A stretch of 63,058 bases of DNA, counting the filler, from Pelomyxa schiedti (taxonomy: Eukaryota > Protista > Evosea): the NCBI GenBank assembly GCA_020536535.1. It is 17 parts of 17 records of this genome, joined end to end, with 100 filler letters (N's around TTAATTAATTAA, not from the genome) between each part and the next. Parts side by side here need not be neighbours in the genome. Positions count along the whole stretch, not along the records: positions 22,870 to 24,963 come from JAHLWZ010000708.1; positions 25,064 to 43,165 come from JAHLWZ010000258.1; 15 more parts are not named here. The stretch is one strand, 5' to 3'. Numbering within the stretch: position 1 is the stretch's first letter; every line of letters starts with the position of its first letter. Position numbers and translations under genes: made by a program. Positions 24,386 through 35,228 of the stretch are shown piece after piece. The notes below the pieces were generated by a model, which searched no databases, had not been told where the DNA came from, and saw only the letters and a program-made list of their open reading frames with translations.

Positions 24386-25063
24386 TTTCTTTGCTGCTGT
24401 ACTCCAGTGATGGATTCTGGGAACGAGTCTACCGATTTTTAAATGGCTCAGCTCCGATGTATCCAGACAGGAACGTATCATACACCGATTTGCAGTCGAA
24501 GCAGAAGGCGTTCAGATTTTTTCGAACAGTGGTAAAAAAAAAAAAAGTGTCGGTAAGCAAGCAGGGGTTGCCCAACACGACCTGAGGTGTTGTGCCTTGT
24601 CATTGTGATCCCACATGCCTGTAGTCTTTCTTGTCCTTATCTTCCTTCTCCATGTTTCAGGAGGCCCGTGTTTTGTGTGGTTGGGGTGCACAGGTCAGGA
24701 GGATGAGAACCTCTTGAGGGGATTCTGCAAGTTTTTCTCCAAAGGGGATAGAGTGGGAGAGTCGATATGCAAGTGAGCAGGAGTATAGCCTGGTGTTGCG
24801 TCAGTGGTACCCATTATGTGTGGCCAATTAAGAAGGGAGGGAATGCTCCTTGGTAACAGGCTGTAATCTCTGCCAGCAAAGTCAACCACTTAATTACGCT
24901 ATGTGAGACTGGAAAAAAGGAAAAGAAGTGACATACCAATGCCACAAATTCGGAAATGGAGGCNNNNNNNNNNNNNNNNNNNNNNNNNNNNNNNNNNNNN
25001 NNNNNNNTTAATTAATTAANNNNNNNNNNNNNNNNNNNNNNNNNNNNNNNNNNNNNNNNNNNN

Positions 25064-25690
25064 AATTTATTTTCTCCTGTCGGGAGTGTAGTGACGGGTA
25101 TATCAGGAAGAAACGGAACACAGGATCCCTGCTGGATGTGGCCAGGTTCATTTAAATGCAATTCTGAATGTGCCGACTCCAGTTGGGAGGGGGAGTTGCT
25201 TTCATTTCCAATGTCCAAACTTGACGGACTTATCTGTTCTCTAAGCTCTGTACGCTTTTCAGCCTTGACATCTAGTTCTTTGAGTGAATCCATGTTGCTC
25301 TTAGGAGGCAGTTCAACAGCCTCTTGGTGAGAATTTTCATTGGTGGGGTTACTTTCTGCTGTCTCAGCTACGGTATCCTTTGAAATTTGATTTAGTTTCA
25401 CAGCTTCTTTCAATTCTGGCATGGGAGTTTGCACTTCACCCACTCTATGCTCTGAAGGGGAATGGTTCCCCACCAGGACATCGTGTTCTTGTTTCTCGCT
25501 CTCAATTTGCTTGTCTCTAAGGGGAGACTGTTGAGGTTGCAATGGGAGGTCTTTGGGCTGCTCTGTAACGGGGAGAGCCAAGGTTTGATTAGGGAGAACG
25601 TCATCTTTTTTAGTACTCAATGACTCAGCGTCATGAGCTCCCTGGATTGGTAAGGATTCTGGGGTGTATATATGGTCCTTATGCAGTAAA
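25064..25690 (-). repeat. Variant duplicate of about 30551-31158 (likely alternative allele or assembly bubble)
   Basis: Near-identical, with SNPs and an 18-bp in-frame indel (LKELDV). Confidence 0.85.
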
Positions 25691-25790
25691 NNNNNNNNNN
25701 NNNNNNNNNNNNNNNNNNNNNNNNNNNNNNNNNNNNNNNNNNNNNNNNNNNNNNNNNNNNNNNNNNNNNNNNNNNNNNNNNNNNNNNNNN

Positions 25791-26030
25791 GCGGCATTGG
25801 TAGGTGAGGATTGAGTTGACATAGAGGTTGGTTGCTAGGATTTTCCTTTGCAAACCAATAACTCTGGGAATGATCTCCTGGGCTCTTTTGACTGCTTTGG
25901 TGATTGAGGGAAAAAGGAACCTCCTTTTAACAGGAGGGTATTCACTCTGGGTCCTTATTTCACCACCTATCCCAGCTTTAGGCCCCTGGCAAAAACCCCC
26001 AGGGAGGGAATGGAATGACGACATTTGTAG
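25791..26030 (-). mobile_element. Possible L1/Tx1-like non-LTR retrotransposon ORF2 fragment
   Basis: 'IGLQRKILATNLYVNSILTYQC' resembles the post-RT 'GRxxLxNxxxxSxxTY' motif. The fragment is short and runs into a gap. Confidence 0.4.
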
Positions 26031-26170
26031 ATAAGATAGAGTTGAGGGTTGAGGATAGAATAGAAATGTTGTTTGTCAAGTTTTTAATGCTTGGTAAACT
26101 GGTTGTTGGTTTGTCTTTGGCTGTTTTAAGGCTGTCGGACATTGTTGTTTCCCTGGTCGATTTGGGAAGG

Positions 26171-26252
26171 TGGTCACGCCCGGGATCGATCCCACAACCT
26201 CTCAGTTTTTGCGATTTTAGACGAGCGCCTTAAACCGCTAAACAAAAAGGTC
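26171..26252 (-). pseudogene. Degenerate tRNA-like sequence
   Basis: The minus strand reads TAGCGGTTTAAGGCGCTCGTCT (A-box/D-arm-like) ... GTGGGATCGATCCC (B-box/T-arm-like) ... CGTGACCA. The acceptor and anticodon stems pair poorly. Confidence 0.4.
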
Positions 26253-26517
26253 TCCCTAACCATTATACTACGGAGCCCTTGTTTCCACAGAGAGTGCTCG
26301 CAACCAAAGAACAGGCACTCATTTTTTTTTGTTTACCTGTTCATGGCTGACACACAGCGCCATTTCTCCGTAGAGGAATTCAACAAAAGGGTGCGACTGA
26401 AATTGTTTTGATTAAAAGCTATTGTAGTGTATCCCTTTTGGTTTGCTTGTCCTCTGCTAAGGTTACTATGCGGTTACAAATACATTTGGATGGCAGGTCA
26501 TTGGGGTGTATCTATGC

Positions 26518-28285
26518 TCAGTGCAGCATTAGCGAGCCATTGCACAGTATTTGCTTCACATATTGCTTCACGTGGTCCTGCATGGGAGTCTCAAAGACCA
26601 GTGATGACACCCTAAGTGATGCGGAATGCATGTCCAACATTGCGGAATCAAATGTCATTGTGAGGCACCACTCAAACCAGAACTTGTTCTTGGCATCACA
26701 TGATAATTCCCTCCTTGTGTGCCGCACAGTTACAATGTTGTTTGCAAATATAACGCGCACACGCCAGCCCTCCTTCCCGCGGAAATCTTTCGTCAAAGGA
26801 AGTCCTGTCAATTGAGTCCGGAGGGCATAAACACCTATTTGAAAGAAGTTACGTGTAATGGCCGGAAAACTGTAGGAAAGACCCCACTTTTTGGTGGTTG
26901 GGACTTACCAACAAAAATGATGTTCTGATGAATCGCTTTGAAAAGTCTCACGGTTTTGCTGTGGACAGTTGTGAGGTGTTGCTCCTTTTTAAAAAATCCT
27001 TCCCAACCAATATTTACCTCGATTCGCCAAGTACATTGAAGAATAGGTCGCTAACCACATAGTTGCTTTGCTTTATTTTCCCACTTGCTTCGACATCGGC
27101 AAAGAAGTGAACCACAGATTCCAACTAAATAGGGTTCAACTTATTTATTTTAATGGTTTCTCAATGGAGGAGGAGATGTTACCACGGTTTTTTGTTCTAA
27201 CCAATCTGCAACAGAAACGATGACATCCCTGATTTCAAAGAAATTTGCTTTCGCTTGGTCCTCTGGCGTAGCTGCAGCAGATACTGTAGAAGTGACGGCA
27301 CGAGGTGTTGGTGGAATATGCTCGCTCTCCAAAGAAGTGTTGCAGACAACATTGTGTGCCTCTGAGTCAGAGAGTGCACCTGAATCATTCTCAGATGGAA
27401 CGGGAGTTGATGAACTTCGCTCAATGAAGGACGTTGAAGACACCATCACTGAAGGGCTCTTCGTATGTTTCCTGAGATGAGGAGCTGGAGACTCGGTACT
27501 GCACGAGAGATTGACAGGAAGCACGGGAATTTGATTTCGCAATGGTGTTGCAGGTTGTGTGCACTGAGGAGTATTCCCTGTAGGAGTTGATAGTTGTATT
27601 TGAGGTACTTCCCGCTTCACTGGTGTCGAAGGAGATGCAGAAAGGTTTGTTTCCTCAGTTGGGTTATGTGCTAGTTCTATTTTTATGGGAGATAGTGGCT
27701 CTGCGTTATCGACTTCCTGGTCACCTGTTTCGGGGTTTTTGGTAGACCTATGGTGCCTGGTTTTCCCCTTGGCCCTCCTTGACCGTGGAGAGTCGAGCGC
27801 ATCACCTTCTACTGTAGTGGGGCTTTCTGGGGAATGTGTGTGGTGGTGCTTGTGACTCCGCTTATGTGAGGGTGTAGAATCCCTGGGAGTTGGGGGTGCC
27901 TCATCTTGTGTGGTAGTGCTCTCATTTAGCCTTTCGGTCCTTTCTGGGTTATGGTCACTTGATTCGACCAAATGGCCCAGTGCCTTCCTTCTTATCCACT
28001 TTTCTTCTTCACTTGTGTCATACACTTCAACCACTATCCTGCCTGCAAGCCTGGGCAAATCAATGCAAACTGGCGAGTCCTAAACGTACAACAATCACAC
28101 CACAAAAGCACAAGGCAAAACCAACAACATAATATGGAGAAAAAAAAAAAAAAGGGAAAAAAAAAGGGAAAAAAAATCAGTACAGCTACAAAAGGTAATA
28201 AATGAACTACATGTAGGTCACGAGTCCAAACTGCGTGTAGCTCGCTGAATAGCTTCCAACCCTTCTTCACCGTAGGTTGCATCAT
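26518..28285 (-). CDS. Amoebozoan-type protein with Ser/Pro-rich middle and GlfB-like C-terminal domain
   Basis: Exons around 27150-28040 and a terminal exon 'LTKDFRGKEGWRVRVIF..VTVRHTRRE..FWFEWCLTMTFD..SASLRV'. Domain name recalled from motif similarity. Start uncertain. Confidence 0.55.
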
Positions 28286-28405
28286 GCAACGCAACCCACA
28301 ACTACGTTCCGCTGTCTCGTCGTACTACTCACTTCTAGCCAAAAAAAACTCACCAACAGCCGCACCACAAAATTCCAAGGCAATGAGTCGGCCCTCTTCA
28401 CAATC

Positions 28406-31400
28406 TCACAAATCAACAAAAAAACCAGCGCTTGTCTCTGCGATCGTGAAAATCGGCCCCTCGTCGGTGTCGTCGGGCGTTTGGGTTTTGCGCGGTTTCT
28501 CTTCGTCAACGACCGGAAAGGAAAAACGAGGGAAATCGATTTCTCTGTCATCACAGTTTTGATCTCCCGGATCTGTTGGTGATGGATCTTGTGCAAGGTA
28601 AGACTCAAGAACGAAACGCGACAAACTTGCGAAAAAGCAAAATGAAAATGTGTTTGTTTGGGTTTCTATACTACTGCTTTCTGATGTTGAAAACTGAGGC
28701 AGCAAAGGAAGCAATTGTGGAGGAAGGGGAAGGTTGTTGTGTAGTTGTGCCGGTTACTGCTGATTCCAGTGTTGGTGAGGTACTAGTACCTGTTGTTGGT
28801 CTTACATCCACCTCCTTTTCATAGTGTAAGTTGAGGTAGAAGGGGTAGGTGGCCAGTGGCGCCAGAACATTGCACAGTTGCATTACACTCCGCACTTTGC
28901 GTAGTGTGGCTGTGGGTGAATAATACCGCTCTATCACCGGTGCGTGGCTGGCAATGAGCTTGATCCAGTCATGAAGAAGCTTACAACTGTTTAATTCGGG
29001 GTTAGATAGTTTCTGGGAATCAATTCGGCATATTTCATTGGGGCACGCACTTTAGAGCTTCGCAAATAAAGGACCGGAATCGCAGGTTGTTGTCTCGGAA
29101 TGATTGAGACACAAGGTTAACACAGCGTTTGAATGCAAGAATCTCAACACGGGATGTGACAACTGTTGTGGTTGTTAGGATTCAACGCTCTGGATTGCGT
29201 TAACTCACCACTTTGCGCGAATTCCTCAATAACTTCCCACACATGAGGCTGAGTGAACATCCTGGCAAGTAACCCGTGAAGCATTACCCCAGCTATGGCA
29301 GTGCATAAGTCTAGCCTCACTAATAGTACAACAGTGTTGTTTGTGCGGTCACTGCCAAGTTTGGCCTGTACAGTTTACAGTAAGAGAATATTTAGCTGAT
29401 AAGGGAAGAACCAAATCCTCAGGCGTGGATCCCTCAGAGAAGTGAGCAACAAGGTGGTTGACAACTTTCGCCACACGATCAATGTTTTCCTCTTTATTAT
29501 TTTCACGATAAGGTATTAGGTTAGAGCATATGTCTACCTATGGAAGATCGAGCTGCTTCAGAACACTGAGCAGTTTGCCTTTCGGCATTTAGTCGTGTTA
29601 GAATCCTAATTTCAACCGATTTCTTTAAAGGTTTTTCTGGTGAAAAAGCATCATGAAGTTCCTACGGCTGTAAGAACGGTGTCGTCGGAGGGGTTACTAA
29701 CCTTGAATGAAGGTCGATCGGAGGGTATAGTTGGATTGGGACAGAGAGGTTCCTGAGAAGCTGGAGTGGGCACTTTGGAAAGTAGAACAGGTGTAGGGAG
29801 AGCAGGAAGGTCATTAAAAAGTGCTGCGGCACTCGAAAATAATGAAGAAATAGCGGATGGTGGTTGTTGCTCAGGTAAAATATACCATTGCTGATCACTG
29901 CTAGAGACGTTGTTAGGCATGATTAGCTGTGCAATTGATTTACCAAAAGATTATATTTATTTTACCCAGACTGAAGCTTGTTCCCTCAACATCCTTCCTC
30001 TGTGAGAAGTTAATTTTAAAGTTGTGTGGTGATAGTGCGTACAGCAATTTCTTTTTGTCTTTCGAGTAGCCTTGCTGCTGCACGGTAGTCTTCTCGTTTT
30101 ACTGCATCTTTTTTAGCCAGCTCCAGGCGGGTGATGAGTTCTTGCTTAATATTTGTCGGCTTACATTTCCCCTTAGGGTTTAATTTCCACCCGGGTTGTG
30201 TCCTGAAAAAAATTAGTTTCATAAGAGAAATACAAAAGTAATTACTGGGAAGCTGTGACATAATCAATGATTATATCTCCCACAACCACTCCGTGTAGAT
30301 TCTGAGGAATGCATTTCAACAATTCCTGGTAGAGTTTGAATTAATCTGAGTTTCGTTTAGGTATTATACCTCCAACTCAACAGGTTGAGAAATAATTGCA
30401 TAGCCATCCCTTGTTATTCTTATTCTGACTGCAATATGTTAACTTCCTCAACATGTCTAGTTCGTTGACATTTACCTCGTTTTGGGGATTCTGGGTGCAA
30501 TTGAGGTACGGCCCTCCTTTGTAATGGGGACTGATTGGGTTTTGTGAGGAATTTATTTTCTCCTGTCGGGAGTGTAGTGACGGGTATATCAGGAAGAAAC
30601 GGAACACAGGATCCCTGCTGGATGTGGCCAGGTTCATTTAAATGCAATTCTGAATGTGCCGACTCCAGTTTGGAGGGGGAGTTGCTTTCATTTCCAATGT
30701 CCAAACTTGACGGACTTATCTGTTCTCTAAGCTCTGTACGCTTTTCAGCCTTGGAATCCATGTTGCTCTTAGGAGGCAGTTCAACAGCCTCTTGGTGAGA
30801 ACTTTCATTGGTGGGGTTACTTTCTGCTGTCTCAGCTACGGTATCCTTTGAAATTTGATTTAGTTTCACAGCTTCTTTCAATTCTGGCATGGGAGTTTGC
30901 ACTTCACCCACTCTATGCTCTGGGGGGGAATGGTTCCCCACCAGGACATCGTGTTCTTGTTTCTCGCTCTCAATTTGCTTGTCTCTAAGGGGAGACTGTT
31001 GAGGTTGCAATGGGAGGTCTTTGGGCTGCTCTGTAATGGGGAGAGCCAAGGTTTGATTAGGGAGAACGTCATCTTTTTTAGTACTCAATGACTCAGCGTC
31101 ATGAGCTCCCTGGATTGGTAAGGATTCTGGGGTGTATATATGGTCCTTATGCAGTAAAGATTGGTCTACTTGAGTTACAGGAGTGGTCATTGATGAAACC
31201 TGGGGAGGGGAAGGAGGCTCTAATTCTTGGTCATCAGTGGGGTGTGGTTCGCAATTTTCATTTGAGGAAAATGGAGAGACCCTAAGAGAGGAGTCTGGTG
31301 TGGTTTCAGTTGTTTGAATAGAAGGTAAGGTGACTGATTCTGAGTGCAGGTAGGAGGGAACTGTAGTACAAGTGGCAGAAGGCGGTGTTATGGGAGATGT

Positions 31401-34306
31401 AGTGTGCAGGGTTTTACTACAACTTGGGGTTTGTGTGGATGGAGGGGTGGGAATTGAGCTTGTGGCTTGCACAGTTGATTGTAGTCCTTGCTCTGGTAAT
31501 GCGACAAGTATTGGTGTGTGTCTAGGAGAGAGTGCAGGTACATGTGTGGGGGTAGACAGTGTTGGAGCAATAGTAGGCTGAGAGGGACTTGTCAAGGGGG
31601 CCACTGGAGGTTCCGTTTGGGTTGAAGAGGGGATGGAGGTTGGAACTGGAGTTTGAGTTGACAATTGTGTGGGTGATGGATCTGGCACCGAGTCAGACGG
31701 GCGTGCAGGTGCAAGTGTGGGTGTTGCTTTTGGTATTATTGGAGGTGTTTGTGTTTGTGTTNNNNNNNNNNNNNNNNNNNNNNNNNNNNNNNNNNNNNNN
31801 NNNNNNNNNNNNNNNNNNNNNNNNNNNNNNNNNNNNNNNNNNNNNNNNNNNNNNNNNNNNNTGGAACTGGAGTTTGAGTTGACAATTGTGTGGGTGATGG
31901 ATCTGGCACCGAGTCAGACGGGCGTGCAGGTGCAAGTGTGGGTGTTGCTTTTGGTATTATTGGAGGTGTTTGTGTTTGTGTTTGTGTTGACATAATTGGA
32001 GTGGGTGCCTGGTGTGGAGTTGGAATTGGAGTTGGGGTGGTCGAGATTGGAGTTGGACTCAGTGCAGGTGTTGGTGTTGGAGCTGGAGCTGGAGTTGGTG
32101 TTGGTGTTGGAATCACTGCCGGTGTTGGTGTTGGTGTTTCCGGTGTTGGAATCGGAATCACTGCCGGTGTTGGAGTTGGAGTTGGAGTTGGAGTTGGAGT
32201 TGGTGTTGGTGTTGGTGTTGGTGTTGGTGTTGGTGTTGGTGTTGGTGTTTCCGGTGTTGGTGTTGGTGTTTCCGGTGTTGGAATCGGAATTACTGCCGGT
32301 GTTGGAGTAGGAGTGGGAGTTGGAGTTGGAGTTGGAGTTGGAGTTGGTGTTGGTGTTGGTGTTGGTGTTTCCGGTGTTGGTGTTGGTGTTGGTGTTGGTG
32401 TTGGTGTTGGTGTTGGTGTTGGAGTTGGAGTTGGTGTTGGAGTTGGTGTTGGTGTTGCTGGTGCTAGAAACGGAATCGGTGCCGGCGTCGGTGATGGAGT
32501 TGGCGAAGGTGCCGGTGTTGAACTGGGACTTGGAGTAGGTGTGGGTGTGGCAATTGGTATTGCTGGCAGGGGACTTGAAGTTGGTGTGGGTGTTAGACCC
32601 AGAGACGGTGTTGTTGGACCTGGTGTTGGGGTTGGAGGCAGTGATGCCTGTGTTGGTGTTGGCACATGTGTTAATATGGGAATTGTGGGATTTGATTTTT
32701 GAGTTGCAGATGGAACCCAACTTGCCGAGGATTGTTCGGGTTTTAAATGTGCATGCGTTTGTTGTGAAGCCCACATTGGTTCAGGCACACAAGTTGAGGA
32801 AATGATCAGGCCTGAGCTATGTTTTGAAGGATTACTGAGTGGACCTTGGGGCTGCACATAAGGGGGAATTCTTGGAGAAGAGAGAGGACTACTCGACAAA
32901 GGTTCATTTTGTATTGCTTGGGAAAGTTTCCCTTCAGGGTTCAATGGTTTCAGTAGCTGATCTGCCGGTAATGATTGACGATGTGTCTTAGACATTGACC
33001 AAGTTGAAGTAGGGGGGATGGTGCTGTGGGAGTTATCAGTATTTGCTGCAATGGGCTTTGGTGGTGCCACTGCAGGTTGTGATGGCTTCATGGTGGATAC
33101 ACTAGAAAATGTGGGTGGTGGAACAGGAGAGGGTTCTCTGGTTCCAGAAGAGCACTGGGGGCCAACTAGAGGTGTTGGGGTATGAGCGGAATTTGGAGTA
33201 TCACGAGTAGCTGGTGGACTTGGAGATACTTTTGTAGAGTCTAAAGTAGTTTTTGGTGGCTCTGGCGTTTCTTGGCTATTATTTCTGGATCGCCCCAGCA
33301 TTGTTGCGCGACTGCGAGATTGTGTGGAACTAATGCTGGGGGTAGAACTGGTGCTCTGAAAGTGGGGTGATGGCACAGGGACTGGCGTTCTGTTAGAAAG
33401 CAATAACACACCAATAAGGGAGTAAGATTTTTTGGTTGAGAATTTCAGCAAACCGAAACACTAATTATGTAAGAAAATGGGGGAGAAAATGGAGAATACT
33501 GTGGTTTGGTCAATGAACTGAACGAGTTTGTCCGAGAAAGGCCAGTGGCATTCTTGGACGAAACCACAGAAGGCCTCAGGGCAGGATTTACAAAAAACGG
33601 TGAGGAGCCAGTTCCATCATCACGTTCCTGGGCATCATGTGGAGAAACCTCTGGAAGAATTTTGTTGCACACAAGGCATTTCCGAGAGGTAGACGACTCC
33701 CACCTCAGCTTCTCCTTGTAACAAGGACACTAAGTGTAGAAGAAAGAAGTTAGAGTGGAAAAGATTGAGTAGAAATGAAACTGTGATATTTAAATAAGAA
33801 GTGGAGGTACCTGTGCGAAATTGAAGCAATTTTCAATTGGGACGGGCTCATTGCCATAAAACGAGAGATGATCCTTTCTAAGCTTGAACCTATGGACATA
33901 TGCCAAATGCCAATCCATCACAGGTTTTGCCCCACCCGTGGGCAGGGCAACAATTGGCGGAAGACGTGACTCACACAGCTTGAATGTGCAAGCAAAAAAC
34001 CACCTCCATAGATCATTTCGATTTTCTTTAGCAACATCTCTCCACCTGAATGATGTTATTTGTGATGGCTGAGTTGGCTTGTTTATTTTCTCGTTTATCA
34101 ATGCAAAAGGTACATTTACTACGCCAAGCCTACGTTTACAGATATAAAAAAACGAACAAGGGCAAAAAGACTCACCGCCTGCACACGCGAACCAAGTTGT
34201 TCATTTGTGTTGGATTGACGCATATTCGTTTGAAAAGTAACACCAAAAATCGGTCGGGAGCCGACGCAATCCCCTGCGTCGTGCCTGTTGTGGTGCTAGT
34301 CGACAT
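28406..34306 (-). CDS. Large multi-exon protein: Pro-Thr repeat stalk, UVR (UvrB/C) coiled motif and C-terminal RUN domain
   Basis: UVR: '[20 protein letters not shown]'. RUN: '[20 protein letters not shown]' and '[23 protein letters not shown]'. Long exons at 30420-33390. Both ends are approximate. Confidence 0.65.
31995..32560. repeat. (GTTGGT/GTTGGA)n hexamer tandem repeat encoding Pro-Thr on the minus strand
   Basis: Directly visible, with higher-order '[13 protein letters not shown]' units. Confidence 0.95.
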
Positions 34307-34438
34307 CAATATTGTTGTTTTTTTCCTCTTCGTTCGCCTGATTTGGGAGTTACGTGAACTGATGGGGCCAGGTGCTGGGGACTGAGAAAAGAGCTTGTGG
34401 AGGCGCGGGTTTGTGTAAGTTGGTTTGCAAGGGAACTG

Positions 34439-35228
34439 TTATGATCTTGTCTTGGAAGAAACAATATTTACAAGCAGGGAGTCAAAGGCCTCATGGACTC
34501 CATTTGGATTGTCTTGAAGGGATAAAGGTACAAGGGGAATTCTCTGCAGAGCTTTGCCTGCATAGATAAGTTGGAATTAGTATGATAAGGATATGTAGGG
34601 TTGTTAAAAAAAAGCGGTAAATACTTAGTCTTGGTCGGGTTGCCTTTACATCCACAGTCTCGGAATCAGGCCTTTGGTTGGCAAAAATAGAGCACTGGGA
34701 ATCGAGGAGTTTCAGAGGTGCCGCAAATCTTGTATGCCTTCAAGTATGTTAGAGCTGCAAAAATTTCAAAGCAGCTACCAGTGCTCCAGCTCTCTCTCTG
34801 ATGCGGCATTATTTGGATTGAAAACAAAAATGATTCCATCAGTGCCATGCATCAATGCAGGCCACCCATACTCGTACCTGTACTTTATGTGTGATAAATA
34901 TAAGCTAGGAGAGGAAGGGGACATGAAAACTTTTTATCACCAGAGCAGTCCCACAGTTCCACCCAAACACTAATCATGGCTCCCTTTGCCTGGGGAGCCA
35001 CATCCCTATCGAATTCCAGGATTCTGTGGCACACATAAAATAAACAAAAAATTGCGTGCAACGTTCGAAAGTATCTAGTAGTATACCGCACCTTACGCCC
35101 AGTGTCGGATTGTACCCCGGTGTGCTCCTATTCATCGACGCAAGGAAATTGCAGAGGGTTGATTTCCCAACATCAGTGGCGCCAACAACAAGAATTTTTA
35201 CCGACACATCCCCCTTGTTAAACGCCAT
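34439..35228 (-). CDS. IFT22: Intraflagellar transport protein 22 (RABL5)
   Basis: 'KILVVGATDVGKSTLCNFLA..YNPTLGVR|ILEFD..VELWDCSGDKK|YEYGWPAL..GIIFVFNP..ELEHW'. No NKxD motif and no prenylation Cys. Confidence 0.9.

Noticed and set aside
31890-32805. Poly-GV, poly-WC/WS, poly-LE and poly-NT ORFs (also poly-RW, LA and QR at 40186-40893)
   Set aside because: These are alternative-frame readings of Pro-Thr hexamer repeats.
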